A DNA stretch of 64,000 nucleotides, taken from positions 305,077-369,076 of the forward strand of contig NW_002060943.1 in the NCBI RefSeq assembly GCF_000150275.1, read 5' to 3'. Under the pieces are notes generated by a model. It saw only the letters and a list, made by a program, of their open reading frames with translations. It made no database searches and was not told where the DNA came from. This DNA is from Trichoplax adhaerens (lineage: Eukaryota > Animalia > Placozoa). This document shows, in pieces, positions 51,265 to 61,601 of the stretch (positions are counted from its first letter, which is position 1; every line of letters starts with the position of its first letter). A program made the translations under genes and the position numbers.

Positions 51265-54255
51265 ATGGCGGACAGACGTCAATTACAAATAATCTTAGGT
51301 AATAAAAATGATGGACAGTACCAAAGCAAACTTCGTGCTAGAGTTTTATTGGAAATGTGGGATAAAAATCCTGAATTAAGACCAGAGGGCCACGTCTATA
51401 CTCATGGTTTTTATCCTCCCCAATTAATAGCGGATCCTGACCCAGATCAGTTACCTGAAAAATGTAAGGTGCTATTTTTATTTACAAAAAATATCTCCAA
51501 TAGTTATTCACCTCGTTTCCGGAATGAAATACTTCAACTGCCTGATATTTCTGATGAAATTGATGATTTGCCTATCAATACGGTCACTATCTTACTTGGA
51601 GCAATCACTTTGATTTCATTAATTTATTGGAATTATTATGGCCACATCAATGCATTCCGTAGCCCTAAATTGCCTATTAGTCTGCATAACGCTTGGATAG
51701 AATGCTGTAGGAAATTGCATCGAATTCCTTCCTATACAATTGACACTCTAACTATAGATAATATTCTTTTAATAAGATCTGTTGAAGAGTTTTCTCGTAA
51801 AAACATAAGGCAAAGATTTTCATTTTTTAATGCGGATGAATTCGGCTCTAGTTCCGAAACTACTTTTTTGGGATATTCATTCGCTGCTCTCAGATATGCA
51901 TGCCATGGCATTGTAGACATAGCGTTAAATCTTCAGCTGGCTATGCACAACCATGATAAAGAGGGGATTATAGCAAATCTTAACCAATTAATTGTAATGG
52001 CTGATCAAGCGTCTAATGCGCTGTCAGAAGTCAAGCTTAATCCCTATGCCGAAATAGCTATAATCCCTTCACATTGGAGCATTCTAGGCCAAGTTGGACC
52101 TATTCCACCAGAGCAGCTATTAAGTCCTAAGAGTAAGAAAACAGTCGAAGTATTAACTGAAGAGAATTTAAATTGGAATACTGCTACAGATGAAAGCTTA
52201 AATAACTTAGCGAATGAGAATAAGTTATACGGGACTACTGCTAGTGGATTATTTGATCCCATTTTTGCCACTTTTGATATAATTATTGATCGATCACATA
52301 CATCGGAACTTGGGAAAATGTTTATTAGTACACAGCGACTATTGCCTAAAGCCTATCTACAATTCTTAGAGGCGTTTAGATCAGATTTTAAGAAAACAGG
52401 TAGCCTTAGACAATACTTAGAAACTTTTGGTGATTCAGAATTAGCAAAGACTTTTAATTTACTCGAGCGCTCCTACCATAGATTTTTGAATATGCATCGT
52501 AGCAAAGCCCTAGGACTTCTATCTTTTGCAACCCAAATGGATAGAAATATGACTGTAGCTAATAGAGAGACAAAGTCTGAAAACGCTTACAAGGAAATTA
52601 GCGCTGATTTAGATGCAGGAATTAACGATCGTCAATTTATAAGCCGATTGTATCCTGCAACTATTCAATCTACTCCTGCAAATCTTAATCAACGTAAAAA
52701 TCTACAATATGTAATGTTATTTATTGGTAGTAAAACCTTTTCATATCGAGAGGGTGACAAAATCGGTGTACTAATACCAAATACTGCTACAAATTATCGC
52801 AGTATATCTCAAAATTTTACATTAAACATACATACTAAAGATCCAGTTGAAAGCCAATGGATACTATTTTTGCGTCAGTATTTTGGAATAGTGGATGGTA
52901 AGCTATCAAAAGAAATATTCATCAAATATGCTGATTTTTCGAATAGCAATATTAAAAGCTCTCCATCAGAAATTCCTCCTAAAGTACCTCGTGTATATAG
53001 CATAGCCTCATTCGATAATGACAACATTAAAATACTTGTTGAACGCATAGATAATGGGGAAGTATCACCAATACTTGCACCTCAAAATAATTTATTTAAT
53101 AAAGATCAAATTGTTAATATTTTTCCTGTTAGTTCTTCATTCCAACTTCCACAAGATACTTCAAAACCAATTGTCATGATTGGTATAGGTTCAGGGGTTG
53201 CTCCATATCAATCATTTATTGATCGTAATAAGAAAATGGATGAAGGTCGCAATATGTTTCTATATTTTGGTTGCAGGACTAAAGAGGGTGCTCCTGATAA
53301 GATCGATTACACAAAACTCTGTCTCTCTGCAGATAATAGGCAAAACTTGAAAGAATCGGAATACATCTACAATGGTCGAATTACTAGTTACTTATCATCA
53401 ACAGAAGGGCAAAATAAATTGCGTGAATTATGTTCTCAAGGTGCATTTATTTACATTTGTGGTCCAACAACTTTGTATAGAGATATGATTACAGTATTGA
53501 AATCGGCTATAGGTATAAAACAACTATTGACAATGTTGACTGATCGTATTAGAATTGAAGTATATAGACCAATATCAAATGATGGTAGACGGAAAATATC
53601 GGTATACGATGTTATCACTCATAATGGAGGATCGAATGGTTCGTGGATGGTTATTGATGACTGTGTCTACGATGTCGGCCAATATATCGATCTTCATCCA
53701 GGGGGCAATGAAATAATAGAATCGGTATTAGGAACCGATGCAACGGCGTTATTTAATCTATTTCCGACTTTACATGGAAAAATGGCACGATCAATCTTAC
53801 AGTTATACTATATTGGTGATGTTGAGAAATTAGGTAACGATTTTGAAAGGTTAGCTTATGACGTGACAAGGAAGCAAAATTCTATTGCTGCATGGTATGG
53901 TGATAATCGTGAAAAGCAATATTTTTTCGTCATGAAAAATTTGGATGCTCATGTTGCGTGTCAACATTATTTTAATGACGTGAAGAAATCCTTAGTTGGA
54001 GATGGTAGAGTTAATAAAGAATTACCCGCTTTACAGGTGATACATGAGTATAATGAATTAGTTCAAGATGAAAAATTTGTATTTCCATATTTGAGAAATA
54101 CTGCAGGCGATCTAGTGACGGAGGACGATGAATGGAAAATTATGCAAACGTTGTATGAATATAAATCGATAGTGAAACAATTAGATATTTTCTATTTAGA
54201 TAGACTAAAACGAGTGTTGGTGAAAGATCTTTGTTGCATTACAAGTGAAAACTAA
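51265..54255 (+). CDS. 996-aa fusion: IDO/PrnB-like heme domain + FNR-type FAD/NAD(P)H oxidoreductase + cytochrome b5 + C-terminal helical region
   Basis: Uninterrupted ORF. IDO-like motifs HGFYP, ASGLFDPIFATFDIII, RLLPKAYLQFL, SLRQYL, FLNMH411RSKA. FNR motifs YREGDKIGVLIPN, PRVYSIAS, FQLPQDTSKPIVMIGIGSGVAPYQSF, LYFGCR, IYICGP, EVY. b5 motifs WMVIDDCVYDV, H811PGG, GTDATALF, H837, YIGDV. AATAAA at 54419-54424. Confidence 0.9.
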   Translation: MADRRQLQIILGNKNDGQYQSKLRARVLLEMWDKNPELRPEGHVYTHGFYPPQLIADPDPDQLPEKCKVLFLFTKNISNSYSPRFRNEILQLPDISDEIDDLPINTVTILLGAITLISLIYWNYYGHINAFRSPKLPISLHNAWIECCRKLHRIPSYTIDTLTIDNILLIRSVEEFSRKNIRQRFSFFNADEFGSSSETTFLGYSFAALRYACHGIVDIALNLQLAMHNHDKEGIIANLNQLIVMADQASNALSEVKLNPYAEIAIIPSHWSILGQVGPIPPEQLLSPKSKKTVEVLTEENLNWNTATDESLNNLANENKLYGTTASGLFDPIFATFDIIIDRSHTSELGKMFISTQRLLPKAYLQFLEAFRSDFKKTGSLRQYLETFGDSELAKTFNLLERSYHRFLNMHRSKALGLLSFATQMDRNMTVANRETKSENAYKEISADLDAGINDRQFISRLYPATIQSTPANLNQRKNLQYVMLFIGSKTFSYREGDKIGVLIPNTATNYRSISQNFTLNIHTKDPVESQWILFLRQYFGIVDGKLSKEIFIKYADFSNSNIKSSPSEIPPKVPRVYSIASFDNDNIKILVERIDNGEVSPILAPQNNLFNKDQIVNIFPVSSSFQLPQDTSKPIVMIGIGSGVAPYQSFIDRNKKMDEGRNMFLYFGCRTKEGAPDKIDYTKLCLSADNRQNLKESEYIYNGRITSYLSSTEGQNKLRELCSQGAFIYICGPTTLYRDMITVLKSAIGIKQLLTMLTDRIRIEVYRPISNDGRRKISVYDVITHNGGSNGSWMVIDDCVYDVGQYIDLHPGGNEIIESVLGTDATALFNLFPTLHGKMARSILQLYYIGDVEKLGNDFERLAYDVTRKQNSIAAWYGDNREKQYFFVMKNLDAHVACQHYFNDVKKSLVGDGRVNKELPALQVIHEYNELVQDEKFVFPYLRNTAGDLVTEDDEWKIMQTLYEYKSIVKQLDIFYLDRLKRVLVKDLCCITSEN

Positions 54256-56644
54256 AGGTTTAGGTATTACTAATCTGTAAGCTACATTAGAAGTTTTGAC
54301 CTTTCTAGAATATGATAACAAATGTATTTAAAAACAGGAAAAGCTGGCAATCTCTTTAACTTGAGGGATTGTAATTGAAATATGCTTCTCCTGGTGATAT
54401 ATTGCTATATAAAACTCAAATAAAATTGTAGTAGTAACAAGTTTATAGTATTTCTTACGTACTGTAAATATTAATATTAATTAACGCTATGTTACTAAAT
54501 ACAGTATAACGTAGTTCTGTATATAAGTAGTTAATATGTTGTACTATAGCACTTATTGTACCCATTCGTAGTATTTAGCTATTAGTGCTAGTTAATACTA
54601 ACGGTAAGCCTGAATATGAGCCATAGCTTTATTACTGCGAATTAGTCTAGGAAATTATATACTCAACGGCTCGTTAAGAGAATAAAGCATACAAGCCGAT
54701 CGAAGGAGTACAGTATACGGAATCGTGTTTAATTGTGGATAGACTACATATCTACTGTATGTAAAGACCATTCCATTAATATTATGGGATAAAGTACGTA
54801 GTTTATCATTGATGTGATTTAAGGCCTGGTTTTTGCTGTGATCGTCACCATATACAGATAATGGTTATAGCTATTGCATTATAGTATTACGTTGGCTATT
54901 AAGGGAATGCTATGAATTACAAGATGTCTATTTTACTGTCTTTTAACAGTACTGTATTAGTTCACTTAATCGCTTAATTTATATGTTTAGGTATTTAACG
55001 CATGAATGTACTAAAAATAGCATTGTCCTAAAAGTATCTTTATTCAGTGGATTGTCAAAGAGAATAAATCGTCAAGAAATTTTACGCAATGCATTTGCCG
55101 TATACTGTATATTGCCAGCCAGTTACCGCTTTTAGTTGATGTTTGTTTTTGTTAACTGTTATTACTACTATTAATGTTGACTAGTTAAGAAATGCTACTA
55201 TGGAATAAGATGGATTGCTAAGAAACAATTTACAGCTTCTTCTTACTGTGTTGCTGCTAAATACTGCAATATACCGTTGCGCACAAATGGCACAACGCTA
55301 TTGACTGCATTCATGGTGGCTCCAGTAGCACATTAAGCAATCACGTTTAATTGATGCTATTGTAGTATGCTTAGCGATGCAAGTACAAGTGCATCGACAA
55401 TTAAAATTGTAAATTAGAATGCTGTAGCTGCGTGTTTGCAGAGCTCAGCTGTGCATTCAATAAGTGTACAAGACTTTACTGTGTTTCGGATTATTTTGAG
55501 ATAACTAGTAAAACAGTAGGAAATCAGGTTAATGAATAAACGTTTCTTGTAGTCAATATCTTGAAAAAAAAAAGGAAGCAGAGGCTTGTAGTATTGCGAT
55601 GATTTTCACAGAGATCTCTAAAAAAAGTAAACCTGGTAAAAGCAAGAAATTTTCTGATATCATTTGGGCAGTGTCCTGTCTCTAAGGGTCTCTAGTGTAG
55701 TAATGAGTGTAAACTTTACTGTAAAGTACAGTCCAGACTACAGATTTTGCGGTATCGTAAAAGATGTTAAATGAGCACATTATCGTAAACCGTCAGTAAA
55801 GCGACGGGAGTTTGCACTAGTATATATATGAAATATGGTATAACATTAAGAAAATATGTTCATCCATTTTGTGATCAGAATATCTATCTACTATATCTGA
55901 AAAGAATACAGTTTATATAACACTGGTTATGTGTATCGCCAGTCAGGCGACTTTTCTTTAGCAAATGTAGCCGTTATTATCCCAAAATGACTACTTAGTA
56001 TGGATCTTCCGCGTCTGTTTTCTAAATCACTGGTACTAATTTAAATAGCTTCCATGATCTTGTATAACTGTTTTTTAACCAGAATTTTGTAACAGATAAT
56101 AAGATTCAATCTCTCAATCCTTAATTGAGAAAATATTGTCAATTCAAAATCGACCGACTGCATACTAAATTTAGTTCTGCCATAACCAAGTGTTTGGCCC
56201 AATATTTTAACGAGATGAGTCTGGAAATGTCTGTCCGTCCGAGAGTGATAGTACCGTAGCATACAGTACTCTACGGCAGTGTACAGTCCTGTACTGTACT
56301 GTACACGTACAGTACAGGGTTAGGGTTAAACCTGGCCTGGTACCGTATTGTACGTACTGTAAATGTCATACAGATTCCTACAAAAATAATAACAGTGTGT
56401 AGTAAATAAACTGACGAAAATTACTCATCGACTGTTATTAACTAAGTGCAGAGAGTACTGAGCTTAAATCTTTTGGATATCGGCATTCCAGATTGCACAT
56501 ACTACTACGAGCTTATCGCTAGGTAGCTACTACCTTTCGATCTGATTCTTTCCTCAATCCTAGATACATGTACAGTGGTACACTGGCGTAGGAATATTAT
56601 ACGATGACTTTGCATAAGCACAACACTGCTCGTCAATAATTATA

Positions 56645-56857
56645 ATGAATGACGATGAGGAAGATGCTGGACAAGATTGCATTTGCACGATCTGCGATGC
56701 CTGTATTATAAGATGCTGTAGCAATTGCTATGAAGTAGTTTGCAGCTTTCTACGATCGATAGCAGCTCGATTAGGCTGCAAAACTGCCGTCAAGAATAAT
56801 GCTCAACGTGACGAAGTCCATCATCGTCCTGTAAGAGACGTTGAAGTAGACGTTTAA
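56645..56857 (+). CDS. Putative 70-aa cysteine-rich small protein
   Basis: Acidic start, nine Cys (CICTICDACIIRCCSNCYEVVC...C), amphipathic helix, C-terminal EVDV. Sits behind a promoter-like TACAGTAC cluster. Confidence 0.55.
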   Translation: MNDDEEDAGQDCICTICDACIIRCCSNCYEVVCSFLRSIAARLGCKTAVKNNAQRDEVHHRPVRDVEVDV

Positions 56858-57429
56858 TGAGGGCGTCTTGCGCTCATGCTTGGAGAAAGGATACTATTAC
56901 GATCGTCATTTTCAACTCCGTCGCTGCCTAAGGAATTACTGTAGGCACACTCGATTACACTAGATAGTTAACTCAATAGCTTGCACATTAATATACAACA
57001 GGTTAGAAATCCATTGTGACTTGTGAGGTATCTGATGAAAAATTACTCTATTTAACACCACTATCAGTACGTATGTTGTCATACTATTTTACATGATTAT
57101 ATTTCCATAGCATCAATAACAATAGCTAAAACAGTGTAATTAATTTAGGCTTCTAGTGGAAAGATATGATAGTATAGTTTGCATTTATTTCGCCCTATTT
57201 CAGGTTTCCGATACTATGACAATATATCCTGCAATCCTTAATTTTACATGCTAGTTAGTAACGAATACACGTATTATAGTCTGTCAGCTTAATTTACCTT
57301 ACAGTTTTAAACAACGTACATTAGAGTTCTGTCAAATGCAAATTATTTTACATATGTGTGAAATAAGAAAGCAGTTCTGATTTTCTGGATGAGATAAAAA
57401 AATAGAGCGATTGAGGAAAATTTTGATTC

Positions 57430-60400
57430 TTAATAAATATTTTCGTTATCGTATTTCGCGGCGATACCACGTCTTCCTTCAACAACATTTATAGGAGAAG
57501 AATCATCGTCTGGAGTATCATCGAGTCCTTTCCAAGAGCGATTTGATAAGAATTCACCTGCCGATTAAAAATTGAATATTTCAAGAGATATCAAATAATA
57601 ATGTACCGGTTGCATGTTGGTTGAAATAGAACTGGACAATAAATAATACATAAGTGGCACCAAATTCAGCCTCAACATACCTGCAGATGTATGATGTTGA
57701 ATAACTTGCATGCGATCTCGAGTTACTAAGGATTGTTGCTTATCGTGATTGATATTCTCGTCATCATCTACGAAAATCATACTATATTTTACTATTTAAA
57801 TGGTTTATTTAGCATAGCTATTGTTCAACAACAATAATTTACGATAAATCGATAAGCCTTTTTTATAATAATTGATATAGCAAATGACTACAATATCATA
57901 AAGAAATATAAAGTTATTAAAGTGCTTCAGTTAGTTGCTGTAAAGTAGTTCTCAGAAAACAAATTTATTTACCGCGTAGCGATGTATATTGCATATGTCC
58001 GGTTATAAAAGAATAATCTGGATTTCGATTCTTTCTTTCATCCTATAAAAATGATAGTATTTGTTATTATAGAAACATGTCATTTTGAGAAATAATAATT
58101 ATTTCTGAAAAATTTGTCACTAGCATCTTACAAACAATACAAAGATAATCTTACAGTACAATGTAGGCACACGTCATGAATAAATGCAATGCCTAAATCT
58201 CTATATACGTATGTAGCAAGCATTATTATGAATTTTCGGCTATGTAATACAAATCTTAATCTTAATAGATATGTTACTACAGTTAGAGACTTAAATTATT
58301 TCAATATTTAATTACTAATAATGACTATCAAAAATCTGGTCTAAGTTTAAATATGCTTACATCCACATTGAATTCAAGATTAGATAATCCGCCTAGTAAT
58401 ACAACAAAAAAAACTTTCATTTATTTTTTGTTACTTTCAAGGAGCAATTACCTTCAGATAATCCTACGTTACCTGGTAATAATTGCCTAAAGTCTGTTAT
58501 ATAAGTACCGTCCCATTCTCTTTCCCTTAGAATATTTAAAATTTAAATAAAGTTAACAACTGAAATTATAAAATATATAATTGATTAACACCGACATATT
58601 GATAATCGATCGCCAAAAAGGGAAAAACGTAATTATGTTCAAATAAGATTTAATTATTTCTACTTTAAACAGGCGATTTCCAGTTCGTAAGGTGTAAGAA
58701 TGGGCTTATAAAATTCCTAAGTAAAATTACAAGAGTAGCTATTGAGCGCAAGGATACAACAGGAAAAGGATATACTGTAGCAATAACAAATGGAATTCCT
58801 TACCTTAGAATCCAGCAGGGTATTTTCGGGGCAGGCTACTAATACAAAGACATCTATTTCCATGAAATTTGCTAATTTAGCAACATTAATTTTTCCCACC
58901 GAAAAGGTGTATGTCTATACAATTACAGTCATGAACACAACATTACGTATTGTATACGTAGAAGATTAATAGGATTATGCGCAGATAATAGCTTCAAATT
59001 AAAAAACTGTTCTAATATTGTACCTTCTTGTTAGCTGCTTTCAAAACTGCTTTTAGCCTGTCTAGCGTCTGCAAATAATCGGCTAAGGTGTTACCGGTAA
59101 AACATTAGTACAGCACGAAAATATTGATAAAATTTAAGGCGACTAATCGATTAATGTCCAGACCTACGCCTAACGTTCCAATAACTATTCCAACTACTAG
59201 GGCCTCTTTTGCTTTCTGAATTAAATAATATCTGCATGAGAAATAAGATCACTTTTTAATTAACTGAGAACATTATCATGCTGTAACGTTGCAATATTAT
59301 CAAATATAATATATTTTGATGTTATGGTCACACCTTTTCATCAGGGCTTTGTTGACCGATAATGATTCTGATCTACTACTATCCAAATCAGGATTGTAAG
59401 AATAAAACTAATCGATAATAAGATAGATAAAGAGTAGTCATAATTTACTCGTGAAATGAAATATCAACAATGTCAGTAAACTGTTTACCCGACACTTATT
59501 GTATGACATCATAAGATTTGTTAGAGTCAACCCTTCAGAGCCAATATAGAATATAACATAATCATGTATCTCTTTTCCTTCATGTAAGTGAAAAATACGA
59601 CCATACTCTTCTTGATCGCAGCTTTGATTTTCTTTATCTTCTAATAGTTTTGCTGAAGATTCAACAATTGCACTTAATTTTCCTACCTTTATTTCAGAAG
59701 CAATTAAATTTGGATATTGGGCATGTAATGTTTCATATACGGCATCTAAAATATCATATTATAACTCGATTAGTATTAGTTATCACAGATGTTGTGCATC
59801 TATTTATTAAAAGTACCAACAATCCAAATTACTCGCCTATTGTATGGTAATAGACGACATCATATAGAAGGATAGCGTAGCAGTTACGATCGCTTACAAC
59901 GGCTGACAAACTCTCCTTGCATTTATTGGCATCAACAGGATGACGTCCAAACACGTATAAAACAGGCAACCTACGATTACTAAAAGAAGAATAATTTCAT
60001 TTTTTTGGCATAATTCTTACTACTTTGCGAGCTAACTCTTTGTATCTTATTCTACGTATTCTATTCCATGTTGTTGCTATTTAAGAAAGTTCAATACGAT
60101 GCTACTACAGTATTATCATGTAATGATCAATAGCATACTTACGGGCTCAAACAAGCAGAGCCAAAGTGTATTAAACAGTCAGCGTTACCATGGGATGCAG
60201 CAATTTCGTCTACACAACAACTATAGATATATAATATGAATTAAAACGTAAGTATATTGGCACCTACATTAAAAATTGTATCGTATGATGTATTGTGTAT
60301 GTTTATGATGACGACCGAAGTAATCGTAATTTCACGAAAATAAGTACGTCCATTAGCCAAATAATTGAGTAATTACTCAATTATTTTATCCTGGCTTAGA

Positions 60401-61144
60401 CAGTAAAGTATCATTACTTTAACGATTATAATAGATGATTGCTTGTTTGACCTGCCATAAGAAGTATCCGCCAAAATGAAGACATCTATAGATTGAGGAG
60501 ATATAGTTTGTATTTCTAACGCAAGACTTGCTGAATCGGGTAGAAGGCTATCAGGAAACTGTAGAGCAATCTAATACAGTTGATTAAGTATACAGTAATA
60601 TGCATTAAACCGATTTCAATGATGTCCGGCATTAGCCATGTTAGATTAGCATGTATTGATTACTACATCTCTGTCGGTGAAGTTGCTGTCCTATTTTCTT
60701 TCATATTGCCAAGAAAATACCGTACGAGTAAGCGTCATAACAAGACTGTATTTGCGTAGACTTGATGCATTTACAATACTGTCTACACATAATAATACTG
60801 GCATCAAAGTTTGATACTTTGTGAGCTATTTTGATATGCCAACTGGTATTGCTAAGTTAAATTTGATCTCAAATGCAACAACATAACTACATGCTAATCC
60901 ATCAGTTGGAATTGTGCATGCATTGATTGCATTCATTGAAATAACGTACTTTCAAGGCTATAGAGTAGATTCTTACCCTTTTATACCCATGGCTCGTTAT
61001 GAATTGTACAATTCGATCGAGGCTGTAGTATGATTGCAATTCATTTCGATCTTTCTGTGCATAACTATCTATTTGTAATCGTTGAGCAATAACTTCGCTA
61101 CCATCATTACTGAGATTATATTTATCCAGCTGTGGAGTTGCCAT
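57430..61144 (-). CDS. DPH2: Diphthamide biosynthesis protein 2
   Basis: Spliced exons give [112 protein letters not shown]. One GC-AG intron (59836-59746). Confidence 0.95.
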
Positions 61145-61601
61145 AACAATTTACTAATCACGAGAGGACCTGATCGAAATGGGATATATGGCCAAGCTCA
61201 ACCATAGTGGTAAATCCAATCGATTAGTAATATATACGATACCGTATAGATACAATACTGCAGTTTGCGTACCTCAAATCGTCAACATGCTGCAGCCAAT
61301 CAATATTGGGCACGATGATACAGTACTAAAGCGTACTCTGCAGAAGTGCTACTGCATCGTATAATAATTACAGGCTAACATCGCAAACATGTCATAAATT
61401 GCATACTGTACAGTATTCAGTCGTTGACTTTAATCAATAGGAAGCACGATGACAGGTGCTCGCCTGATTGAAAGGTTCTGCCAGTAGTCAAGTTGATCAA
61501 CAAGCAGCTAGCTCGTCATCAGCTGCAGTATTCCTATCATGATGATGGCTATCGAGATAGATTAGTACCCTAGTCAATGCAATATTGCATATTATTTCGT
61601 C

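Noticed and set aside
51265-54255. Nitric oxide synthase or P450-reductase fusion
   Set aside because: No flavodoxin/FMN domain and no Cys-thiolate NOS or P450 heme motif; N-terminal motifs fit a His-ligated IDO-like fold.
56316-56330. AGGGTTAGGGTT telomere-like sequence
   Set aside because: Only two units; compatible with chance.
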